Source: an uncultured Collinsella sp.
Lineage (GTDB): Bacteria; Actinomycetota; Coriobacteriia; Coriobacteriales; Coriobacteriaceae
Assembly (NCBI GenBank): GCA_958443615.1
Contig: CAUCLI010000009.1
Coordinates: forward strand, 366-64,365
Reading direction: 5' to 3'
Length of the DNA stretch: 64,000 nucleotides
Below the pieces are notes generated by a model. That model worked only from the letters and a program-made list of their open reading frames with translations, was not told the DNA's origin and ran no database searches. This document shows positions 56,877 to 64,000 of the stretch, one piece after another; the stretch's first letter is position 1, and the number at the start of each line of letters is the position of its first letter. The position numbers were made by a program, and so were the translations under genes.

Positions 56877-57653
56877 ATGACTCGCATCGCAATCGTCACC
56901 GGAGCGAGCTCCGGCCTGGGCCGTGAATTCGTCAAACAGCTCGACGCGGGCGCCATCGGCAAGGTGGATGAGATCTGGGTCATCGCCCGCAGGGCCGATC
57001 GCCTCGAGGCGCTGCAGCGCACATGCGCCACCTTGGTCCGGCCCTTTTGCCTGGACCTGACCGACGCGACCTCCTTCGAGGTCATCCAGGGGGCGCTGGC
57101 GGAGACCCCGACCGCCGAGGTCGCCCTGCTCATCAACAACGCCGGCTTCGGAACCTTCGGCCCCGTCGCCGCCCAGCATCCGCAGGACGGTGCGAACATG
57201 GCGAAGCTCCTCATGCTGGCGCCCGTCGAGCTGATCTACCGCACGCTCCCCTATTTCCGCGCGGGATCGCGCGTCATCAACGTGGCCAGCGTGGCCGCCT
57301 TCCTCCCGCAGCCCAAGCTCGCGGTCTATTCTGCCGCAAAGCGCTTCATCCTCGACTTGTCGCGCTCCCTCGATGCGGAGCTCGGAGAGGCGGACATCCA
57401 CGTCACCGCCCTGTGCCCCAAATTCATGCACACCGAGTTCCTCGATCGACCCGGCGACCGGGCGGCGGCGCGCGCCATGTGCGCGATCGGCTTCGAGCGA
57501 GCAGAGGGCGTCGCCAAGGCCGCGCTGCGCGCCAGCAACGCGGGCAAGGACCTGTGCATCCCCTCGCTCGACATGAAGGCGTACTACGCCGCGTCCCGCA
57601 TCCTGCCGTTCAAGGCGGCCCTTGCAGTCGAGCGTGCCCTGGGAATCCTGTAG
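56877..57653 (+). CDS. short-chain dehydrogenase/reductase (SDR)
   Basis: ATG 56877 after AAAGGAG. TGASSGLG, NNAG and YSAAK motifs. Confidence 0.88.
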   Translation: MTRIAIVTGASSGLGREFVKQLDAGAIGKVDEIWVIARRADRLEALQRTCATLVRPFCLDLTDATSFEVIQGALAETPTAEVALLINNAGFGTFGPVAAQHPQDGANMAKLLMLAPVELIYRTLPYFRAGSRVINVASVAAFLPQPKLAVYSAAKRFILDLSRSLDAELGEADIHVTALCPKFMHTEFLDRPGDRAAARAMCAIGFERAEGVAKAALRASNAGKDLCIPSLDMKAYYAASRILPFKAALAVERALGIL

Positions 57654-57693
57654 GGGTCCTCTCTCTAGATCTCGGACAATTCAACCTGAGACC

Positions 57694-57736
57694 AAAAAAT
57701 CCTCCTCGCCGACGCTGAAACGGCGAGGAGGATTTG
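57694..57736. terminator. bidirectional Rho-independent terminator between the convergent SDR gene and rho
   Basis: 13-bp perfect stem ATCCTCCTCGCCG / CGGCGAGGAGGAT with a 9-nt loop. It is flanked by AAAAAA on one side and TTTG on the other. Confidence 0.8.
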
Positions 57737-57766
57737 ATGTGCAGAGGGTTCGACCGAAACGCGCCC

Positions 57767-60172
57767 CTACAGCGCGTCGGGATGGTCGGCGGCCTTCTTC
57801 GCGGTGCGGATCAGGAAGTCCTGGTTGGAGTTCGTGCCCTTGAGGCCCTTGATGAAGGATGCGGCGGCGCGCTCCGTGTTGTTCATGCCCGCGAGGATGC
57901 GGCGGATGCCCCACATGAACGGGCGCATCTGCTCATCGACGAGCAGGTCCTCGTTGCGCGTGCCGGAGGCGACCGGGTCGATGGCCGGGAAGATGCGGCG
58001 GTCGGCGAGGTCGCGGTCGAGCTTGAGCTCCATATTGCCGGTGCCCTTGAACTCCTCGAAGATCACCTCGTCCATCTTGGAGCCGGTGTCCACGAGCGCG
58101 GATGCCAAGATGGTGAGCGATCCGCCGTTCTCGATGTTGCGGGCGGCGCCGAGGAAGCGCTTGGGGGGATACAGGGCGGCGGAATCCACGCCGCCGGACA
58201 GGATGCGGCCGGAAGCGGGGGCTGCCAGATTGTACGCGCGGGCGAGACGGGTGATGGAGTCGAGGACGACCACGACGTCTCCGCCCATCTCGACGATTCG
58301 CTTGGCGCGCTCGATGACGAGCTCCGAAACGCGCGTGTGGTTGTCGGCGGGCATGTCGAAGGTCGAGGCGACCACATCGCCCTTGATGGAGCGCTGCATA
58401 TCCGTGACTTCCTCGGGACGCTCGTCCACCAGCAGGCAGATCAGGTGCACCTCGGGGTTGTTGATGGAGATCGACTGGCAGATCTTCTTCAGGATCGTGG
58501 TCTTGCCCGCCTTGGGCGGCGAGACGATCAGACCGCGCTGGCCCTTGCCGATGGGGCTCACGATGTCGATGGCGCGGCCGGTGATGGAATCCTTGCCGTG
58601 CTCCATCTTGAGCGGCTCGTTGGGATAGATGGGCGTCAAATCGGAGAATTTGGGACGATGCTTGACCTGCTCGGGATCCAGGCCGTTCACCGAGCGGAGC
58701 TTGCCGAGACCGGGCAGCTTGTCATTGGCGCGCATGGGGCGCAGGGTGCCGGCGACCAGATCGCCGGGACGCAGCCCGGCGGCGCGGATCATCTGCGCGG
58801 GGACGAACGCGTCATCGCGACTGGGCATGTATCCGTGGGCGCGGATGTAGCCGAATCCCTGGTTGTCGACGTCGAGGATGCCCTCGATATCACGGAAACC
58901 CTCGGCTCGGGCGGCGGCGGCGTAGATCATCTCGACGAGGTCGGCCTTCTTGACGCCCGTGGGGTCGAGGTCGAGCGAGCGGGCCTTCTCGCGGAGCTCG
59001 GCGACCTTCATCGCCGTGAGCTCCTCGCGCGTGAGCGACGGCTCGGTGGGGGCGAATCGGTTGTTCCGCTGCTTGCGGTTCTCCTTCTGGCGCTCACGAC
59101 GCTCGCGGCGGGCATCGGCCTTGGAGGGGGCTCCCTCGCCGCGCTCGGGGCGCTCGGACTCGCGGCGCTCCTTGTGGTTGCGACGGGCTTGCTTGCCGGC
59201 GGGCTTGTCATCGGCCTTCGCGGCGTTCTTGGCATCGGGCTTTTCCGCGGCGTTGGAATCGAGGCCCGATGCGGCCTTCGCGGCGGAGTCGCCCTGCTCA
59301 TCGGACTTCGCCTCGGGGACCTCCGAACCTGCGGGTTCGTTGGGGGCGTCCTCCTTGCGGGCCGATTTCCTGGCGCGTGAAGCGCGACCGGGACGGGCGT
59401 CCTTCTTGGCGGCGGGCCGTTTCGCGTCGCCGGCGTCGGCGCGCTCGACGGCATCGGGGTCGAATTCGGTGCCGTTCTTCGCATCCGCAGCCTCAGAGGC
59501 GCCGGAGACGGACTCCGCGCGCTGCTGATCGCGCGCGGCCATCAGGGCGGCCTGTTGGGCGGCGAGGGCGGCAGCGGCGGCTTTCTCCGCCTCGACATAC
59601 GCCTTTGGCTTGCGGCCGCGGCGATGCGGGCGGAGCGCGGGGTCGATCAGGGGCAGCTCGGCTTTGCCGTCGGCATCCGCGGGGGCGGGAGCCGGCTCAT
59701 GATCGGCAGGCCTCGGCTCCTCGGCCACGGCGAGCACCTCCGCCGCGCGCTCCGCCGCACGGCGCTGGCGCCGCACGACCGAAGCCTGGCTGATCTGGGC
59801 CAGGGCGCGGGCCTGGATGACCTCGGCGGAGGCCTCGGGAGCATCGCCCTCTTGGTCGACCGACTTGGATTTGCGGGTACGGCGCTTCACCGGGGCATCG
59901 ACGGCCTGTTCGGCATCGGTCGAACGGGAGCGGCGTCGCGGCGCCGGGGCCTCGGTGCCCTCCTCCGCGGACGCGGTCTTGCGGGTGCGGCGCTTCGCCT
60001 TCGGGGCCGTCCCCTCGACTGCGGGGTCGGCCTTGGAGGCATCCGCGACGGGCGTGCCCGCCTCCGCGGAAACCGGGGCGACGGGCTGCTGATGCGCGGG
60101 TGCGGTCGCCACCTGGACGGCGGGCGCGTCGTTCCCCTGCGGGGCCTTCTCGATATTCGCTTCTTCAGACAC
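57767..60172 (-). CDS. rho: transcription termination factor Rho with a ~380-aa N-terminal low-complexity extension
   Basis: The C-terminal ~420 aa are canonical Rho: Rho_N LTAMKVAELREKARSLDL, the RNA-binding domain, Walker A PPKAGKTT, and LVDERPEEVTD. The N-terminal part is A/P/E/K/R-rich. Confidence 0.93.
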   Translation of the reverse strand: MSEEANIEKAPQGNDAPAVQVATAPAHQQPVAPVSAEAGTPVADASKADPAVEGTAPKAKRRTRKTASAEEGTEAPAPRRRSRSTDAEQAVDAPVKRRTRKSKSVDQEGDAPEASAEVIQARALAQISQASVVRRQRRAAERAAEVLAVAEEPRPADHEPAPAPADADGKAELPLIDPALRPHRRGRKPKAYVEAEKAAAAALAAQQAALMAARDQQRAESVSGASEAADAKNGTEFDPDAVERADAGDAKRPAAKKDARPGRASRARKSARKEDAPNEPAGSEVPEAKSDEQGDSAAKAASGLDSNAAEKPDAKNAAKADDKPAGKQARRNHKERRESERPERGEGAPSKADARRERRERQKENRKQRNNRFAPTEPSLTREELTAMKVAELREKARSLDLDPTGVKKADLVEMIYAAAARAEGFRDIEGILDVDNQGFGYIRAHGYMPSRDDAFVPAQMIRAAGLRPGDLVAGTLRPMRANDKLPGLGKLRSVNGLDPEQVKHRPKFSDLTPIYPNEPLKMEHGKDSITGRAIDIVSPIGKGQRGLIVSPPKAGKTTILKKICQSISINNPEVHLICLLVDERPEEVTDMQRSIKGDVVASTFDMPADNHTRVSELVIERAKRIVEMGGDVVVVLDSITRLARAYNLAAPASGRILSGGVDSAALYPPKRFLGAARNIENGGSLTILASALVDTGSKMDEVIFEEFKGTGNMELKLDRDLADRRIFPAIDPVASGTRNEDLLVDEQMRPFMWGIRRILAGMNNTERAAASFIKGLKGTNSNQDFLIRTAKKAADHPDAL

Positions 60173-60315
60173 GCGGTTCTACTTTCTTCTCGCGTTACTA
60201 CAAGCACGGCGTCGATACGCGCCGATATATCACTTGTTTGAAAGATATAGGTAAGGAAAATGAAAACGCAGGTCGCGTTTGGTTGAATATACCACATCGG
60301 GAGCGCGCGGCATAG

Positions 60316-60350
60316 AAAAATGCCCGGACGCGAGGGCATCCGGGCATTTT
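60316..60350 (-). terminator. Rho-independent terminator of argS
   Basis: TGCCCGGA / TCCGGGCA stem with a 10-nt loop. On the minus strand it is followed by TTTTT. Confidence 0.75.
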
Positions 60351-60379
60351 CACTCGTTTGAAGTCGACGTGCGGTCGAT

Positions 60380-62233
60380 TTACATCGTGGTGGGCGCGGA
60401 AACGCCGATCAGGCTCAGCACCAGCTCGAGCACGGAGCGGACGGCGTCGCAGGCGGCCAGGCGGGCGCGGGACAGCTCGGCGTCGACCGGGCGGCCCTCA
60501 CTCGGCAGCACCTGGCAAGCCTGGTAGAAGCTGTGGAAGCCGCCGGCGAGCTCCTCCGCGAAGTGGGTGAGGCGGAACGGCGCGCGATCGCGGGCGCAGC
60601 CGGCGATGAGGTCCTCGAGCTCGGAGATCTTGCGGGAGAGCGCGAGCTCGGTGGGGTCGGTCAGCAGCGCGTAGTCGACGTTCTCGCCGATGGCCTGGGC
60701 GGCCACGGCGTCCATGCCCATCTCGGCGGCCTGCTCCGGCGTGACGCCGGCGGCCTTGCGCAGGATGGAGCAGATGCGGGCGTGGGCATACTGCACGTAG
60801 TACACGGGGTTGTTCTGGCTCTTCTCCTTGACGGCCTCGATGTCGAAGTCGATGGCCTGGTTGGAGGAGCGCGAGATCAGGGTGTAACGGGTGGCGTCGG
60901 CGCCGACCTCGTCAACGAGCTCCTGGAAGGTGACCATGGTGCCCTTGCGCTTGGACATGCGGATCGGCTTGCCGTTGCGCAGCAGGTTCACGAACTGGCC
61001 GAGCAGGACCTCGAACTGGCCGGGATAGCCCAGGGCGTCGCAGACGCAGCGAACGCGGTTGATGTAGCCGTGGTGGTCGCAGCCCCAGATGTCGATGACA
61101 TGGTCGACGCGCTGGAACTTATCCCAGTGGTAGGCGACGTCGGAGGCGAAGTAGGTGTACTCGCCGTTGGCCTTCACCAGGACGCGGTCCTTGTCGTCGC
61201 CCAGGTCGGTGGAACGGAACCACAGGGCGCCGTCCTTGTTGTAAAGGTAGCCCATCTCCTCGAGCTTGGCGAAGGCGCGGTCGACGGCGGAGGTGCCGGC
61301 GTTCGGGCCCTCGGTGTCCTTGATGTAGACGGTGCGCTCGGAGAACCACTTGTCGAAGTCGCAGCGGACGTCGTGGCACAGCTGGCGCATGTTCTCGACC
61401 ATCTTGGCGTAGCCCTCCTCACGGAAGTAGAGCATGCGCTCCTCGTCCGTGACGTGGGCCCACTTGTCGCCGTCCTTCTTGTAGAACGCGGCGGCCTCGT
61501 CGATGATGTAGGTGCCGCCGTAGGCGTTGCCGCCCAGGCCCTCGGTGAAGGCGTCCATGTAGGGGTGGGAATCGAGGTGCTCGTCGGCCTCGTCCTGGAC
61601 GAAGTTGTCGCGGTCCTTGGCAAGGAAGTCGCGGGCGCCGTCGATGTCGAGGCCCTCCTTCTCCATGATCTCGATCAGCTGCATGTAGCGGTAGGAGATG
61701 GAGTTGCCGAACACGTCCATCTGGGAGCCGTGGTCGTTGATGTAGAACTCGCGCTGGATGTCATAACCGGCGTGGCTCATGACGCGGCAGAGGGAGTCGC
61801 CGAGCGCGGCCCAACGGCCGTGGCCGACGTGCATCGGGCCGACGGGGTTGGCGGAGACGAACTCGACCTGGGTCTTCACGCCCTTGCCGACGTTGGACTT
61901 GGCGAAGTCCATGCCCTCCTTGCGGGCGACGTCCAAGATGGCGTTGTTGGCGGCAGCGTTCAGGTAGAAGTTGATGAAGCCGGGGCCCGCGACCTCGACC
62001 TTGGCGACCTCGGCGCTCTCGGGCATGTGGGCCACGATGGCGTCGGCGATCTTCTTGGGTGCGCAGTGGGCCAGCTTGGCGGACTTCATCGCGCAAGTGG
62101 AGGTCCACTCACCGTGAGAAGTGTCAGCCGGTCGCTCCATGCCACAATCCTCGAGCTCGAACGCGGGCAGGTCGCCAGCCTCCTGAGCAGCGGTGAGGGC
62201 AGCGCGCACCAACTCTTCAATCTTCTCCGGCAT
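60380..62233 (-). CDS. argS: arginine--tRNA ligase
   Basis: ATG 62233 after GAGGAGG. Class I HIGH-type motif PVGPMHVGHGR, a KMSK-type motif MSKRKG, and the C-terminal DALR anticodon-binding region. Confidence 0.92.
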   Translation of the reverse strand: MPEKIEELVRAALTAAQEAGDLPAFELEDCGMERPADTSHGEWTSTCAMKSAKLAHCAPKKIADAIVAHMPESAEVAKVEVAGPGFINFYLNAAANNAILDVARKEGMDFAKSNVGKGVKTQVEFVSANPVGPMHVGHGRWAALGDSLCRVMSHAGYDIQREFYINDHGSQMDVFGNSISYRYMQLIEIMEKEGLDIDGARDFLAKDRDNFVQDEADEHLDSHPYMDAFTEGLGGNAYGGTYIIDEAAAFYKKDGDKWAHVTDEERMLYFREEGYAKMVENMRQLCHDVRCDFDKWFSERTVYIKDTEGPNAGTSAVDRAFAKLEEMGYLYNKDGALWFRSTDLGDDKDRVLVKANGEYTYFASDVAYHWDKFQRVDHVIDIWGCDHHGYINRVRCVCDALGYPGQFEVLLGQFVNLLRNGKPIRMSKRKGTMVTFQELVDEVGADATRYTLISRSSNQAIDFDIEAVKEKSQNNPVYYVQYAHARICSILRKAAGVTPEQAAEMGMDAVAAQAIGENVDYALLTDPTELALSRKISELEDLIAGCARDRAPFRLTHFAEELAGGFHSFYQACQVLPSEGRPVDAELSRARLAACDAVRSVLELVLSLIGVSAPTTM

Positions 62234-62507
62234 AGAGGTCCTCCTCATCTTATGGCCCTGAGATGTCCTTCTCGCAGGGCTCACGTACAGACGCACTGTA
62301 CTCTAGCACAGCACAGCAGCTTACGGGCGTCAAAACCCTTAAAACATGCGATTAGCCGCTTTTTTGGCGTCCGATTCGCCACGAAAACGCATAGAAAGAT
62401 ACGAAATTTTAGTTGATGGGATGCTTTGTTCAGGTGTTTTGCGAAAAACGTATACATCGGCATTTCTCCTCTGGCGCGCGATGCTCATATGTTTTCCCAT
62501 ATAAACA

Positions 62508-62516
62508 TGGTATTAT
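62508..62516 (+). promoter_or_regulatory. candidate extended -10 promoter element for the CarD-like gene
   Basis: TGgTATTAT lies about 40 nt upstream of ATG 62557. No convincing -35 element. Confidence 0.3.
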
Positions 62517-62556
62517 TGTTGACATCGAGCGTATCGCGTATTCATTTGGAGGAAGT

Positions 62557-63066
62557 ATGTTTGAAATCGGACAGCACGTTATTCACCCCGGCCAGGGAGT
62601 CTGCACGGTCACCGGATTCACGGATGACGAGACGCACCCCATGATCTTGCTGCGGGCGAGGTCCGGACATGCCGAGACGCACCTCATGTATCCCCTGGCC
62701 CAGGAGGGCCGCCTCCACGCGATCATCTCCCGCGAGGACGCCGAGGACCTTCTCGACTCCTATGCCGACCTGCCGGTCGACTCCTTCACCGAACGCAACA
62801 GCTCGCTCGAGGAAACCCATTTCAAGCAGCAGCTCAAACTCGGCGCGCCCGAGACGGTGCGCGTGGCAAAGACCATGCGCCGGCGCATCGTCGAGGCGGA
62901 GGCGCGCGGCAAGAAGCCGAGCAGCTATTACTCCCGCGTGCTCAAAGAGGCGCGCCGTCGCACGATCGAGGAGTTCGCCGTCGCCCTCGACGTCAACGAG
63001 GACGCCGTTGAAGCGCGCTTCATGGCAGCCGCGGTCAAAGCCGGCGAGATCCCGGCCGTCAACTGA
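62557..63066 (+). CDS. CarD/CdnL-family RNA-polymerase-binding regulator
   Basis: ATG 62557 after GGAGGA. N-terminal Tudor-like MFEIGQHVIHPGQGVCTV followed by a helical C-terminal domain. Confidence 0.75.
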   Translation: MFEIGQHVIHPGQGVCTVTGFTDDETHPMILLRARSGHAETHLMYPLAQEGRLHAIISREDAEDLLDSYADLPVDSFTERNSSLEETHFKQQLKLGAPETVRVAKTMRRRIVEAEARGKKPSSYYSRVLKEARRRTIEEFAVALDVNEDAVEARFMAAAVKAGEIPAVN

Positions 63067-63069
63067 CCG

Positions 63070-63102
63070 ACCTCAATTTAGGGACAGTCCCTAAATTGAG
63101 GT
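63070..63102. repeat. 33-bp perfect palindrome, copy identical to 43898..43930
   Basis: ACCTCAATTTAGGGACAGTCCCTAAATTGAGGT, located 4 nt after the CarD-like stop. Confidence 0.9.
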
Positions 63103-63145
63103 TAAAACTGACGAGGCCCCGACCGTCAACTGACCCGGACGACGC

Positions 63146-63176
63146 CCTCGTTTTAGGGACGGACGTTGAGTCGAGG
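63146..63176. repeat. degenerate copy of the palindromic repeat
   Basis: CCTCGTTTTAGGGACGGACGTTGAGTCGAGG. The left arm has 2 mismatches to the consensus and the right arm is eroded. Confidence 0.5.
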
Positions 63177-63209
63177 CGGCGTTCGCATGCCCCGGCACAC
63201 GCCAGCGCG

Positions 63210-63218
63210 TGCTATAGT
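63210..63218 (+). promoter_or_regulatory. candidate extended -10 promoter (TGcTATAGT) for the HD-domain gene
   Basis: Sequence read directly. It would give a ~135-nt leader before ATG 63361. Confidence 0.3.
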
Positions 63219-63360
63219 GTGGTGCAGCAAGCCTCCCCCTTCACCGGATGGGGGAATCAAGGTGTCCGGCTCCCAACCGTAGGTACGGCGCTGTCGAGGC
63301 GTCGAAGGTCGGGGGCCTGGGCGCCTTTTTGCACTTCAACGCCACCACCTAGGAGGAACC

Positions 63361-63960
63361 ATGGCACAGCTCAACGCCGGCATGACTCGCGAAGCGGCAT
63401 TCGACCTGCTCAGCGAGCACAACAAAGACCCGTTCCACATCGAGCACGCCGAGACGGTCGAGCAGACCATGCGCTATTTCGCGCGCGAGTATGATCCCGA
63501 AAACGAGGAGTTCTGGGGCATCGTGGGCATGCTGCACGACCTCGACTGGGAAGAGCACGACGACGACCCGATGAACCACACCATCTACGCCGCGAAGGAC
63601 ATCGAGGCGGCAGGCGGTTCGGCCGAGCTCATCCACGCCATCCAGACGCACACGAGCGATTTCAACACGAGCCTGCCCAAACCCGAGCTGATGATGGAGA
63701 AGATCCTGTTCGCCACCGAGGAGCTCACGGGCCTCATCGGCGCGGCTGTGGTGATGCGCCCCTCCAAGAGCGTCATGGACTTCAACGTGAAGTCCCTCAA
63801 GAAGAAGTTCAAGGACAAGCACTTCGCCGCCGGCGTCTCGCGCGACGTCATCCGCTCCGGCGCCGAGATGCTCGGCTGGGAGCTCGACGAGCTGTTCGCG
63901 CGCACCATCGAGGCCATGCAGTCCTTCGCCCCCGACCGCGACACGTTCACCTCAAATTAG
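63361..63960 (+). CDS. HD-domain (HDIG-type) metal-dependent phosphohydrolase
   Basis: 199 aa. H...HD pattern (HIEHAE, GMLHDLDWE). RBS AGGAGG. Confidence 0.75.
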   Translation: MAQLNAGMTREAAFDLLSEHNKDPFHIEHAETVEQTMRYFAREYDPENEEFWGIVGMLHDLDWEEHDDDPMNHTIYAAKDIEAAGGSAELIHAIQTHTSDFNTSLPKPELMMEKILFATEELTGLIGAAVVMRPSKSVMDFNVKSLKKKFKDKHFAAGVSRDVIRSGAEMLGWELDELFARTIEAMQSFAPDRDTFTSN

Positions 63961-63981
63961 GGACAGGCACTAAATTGAGGT
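63949..63981. repeat. diverged copy of the palindromic repeat, overlapping the HD-gene stop codon
   Basis: ACCTCAAATTAGGGACAGGCACTAAATTGAGGT. The TAG stop at 63958-63960 lies inside the left arm. Confidence 0.75.
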
Positions 63982-64000
63982 TCTGCAGAGCACGGACCGC

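Noticed and set aside
57734-59380. 548-aa plus-strand ORF antisense to rho, and 60533..62416 antisense to argS
   Set aside because: The opposite strand encodes unmistakable Rho and ArgS. These are composition artefacts.
63269-63330. Resemblance of GGGGGCCTGGGCGCC to the ZTP (pfl) riboswitch 3' element CCGCCTGGGC
   Set aside because: The 5' sub-domain consensus (GGGTCGTGACTGGCG…) is absent. The similarity is limited to a GC-rich heptamer.

Overview
High-GC Gram-positive chromosome segment, probably Actinomycetota of the Coriobacteriia type. That placement is inferred from GC content, a fused rfbC-rfbD gene and an extended Rho, and no search was run. About half of the window (roughly 3.7-37.7 kb) is one large cell-envelope glycopolymer locus. 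It contains all four dTDP-L-rhamnose activities (rfbA, rfbB, fused rfbCD), at least nine GT2 glycosyltransferases including two paralogous ~800-aa dual-GT2 enzymes, and a Wzm/Wzt-type ABC exporter. It also contains a Wzx-like flippase, several polytopic GT-C-like membrane proteins (YfhO-like, DUF2142-like and two unassigned), an acetyltransferase and an epimerase. Two adjacent secreted peptidoglycan hydrolases in the locus share a ~45-aa wall-binding-type repeat, and a HepT/MntA toxin-antitoxin pair is inserted inside the rhamnose operon. From 35262 down to 7145, 23 genes run on the minus strand. The locus is a GC mosaic: spot counts give ~75% GC in the rml genes and ~38% in a membrane-protein gene. 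It ends in a decayed AT-rich zone next to a truncated ABC-ATPase remnant. The first gene of the locus is a polyprenol-phosphate GT2 coupled to yfhO, and it is broken by a C9 homopolymer. The flanks are housekeeping: fruK-ptsI-ptsH, an Rrf2 regulator divergent from sufCBDSU, a compatible-solute-type ABC transporter, a NifU-like plus GGGtGRT-motif gene pair, a D-2-hydroxyacid dehydrogenase, an FAD oxidoreductase, rho, argS, a CarD-like regulator, an HD-domain protein and four tRNAs. A ~33-bp AT-rich perfect palindrome recurs at the 3' ends of genes. A 133-bp element with 18-bp terminal inverted repeats sits inside the ABC transporter operon. I saw no CRISPR array, rRNA, transposase or integrase. 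All family assignments come from motif reading by eye, with no database search.
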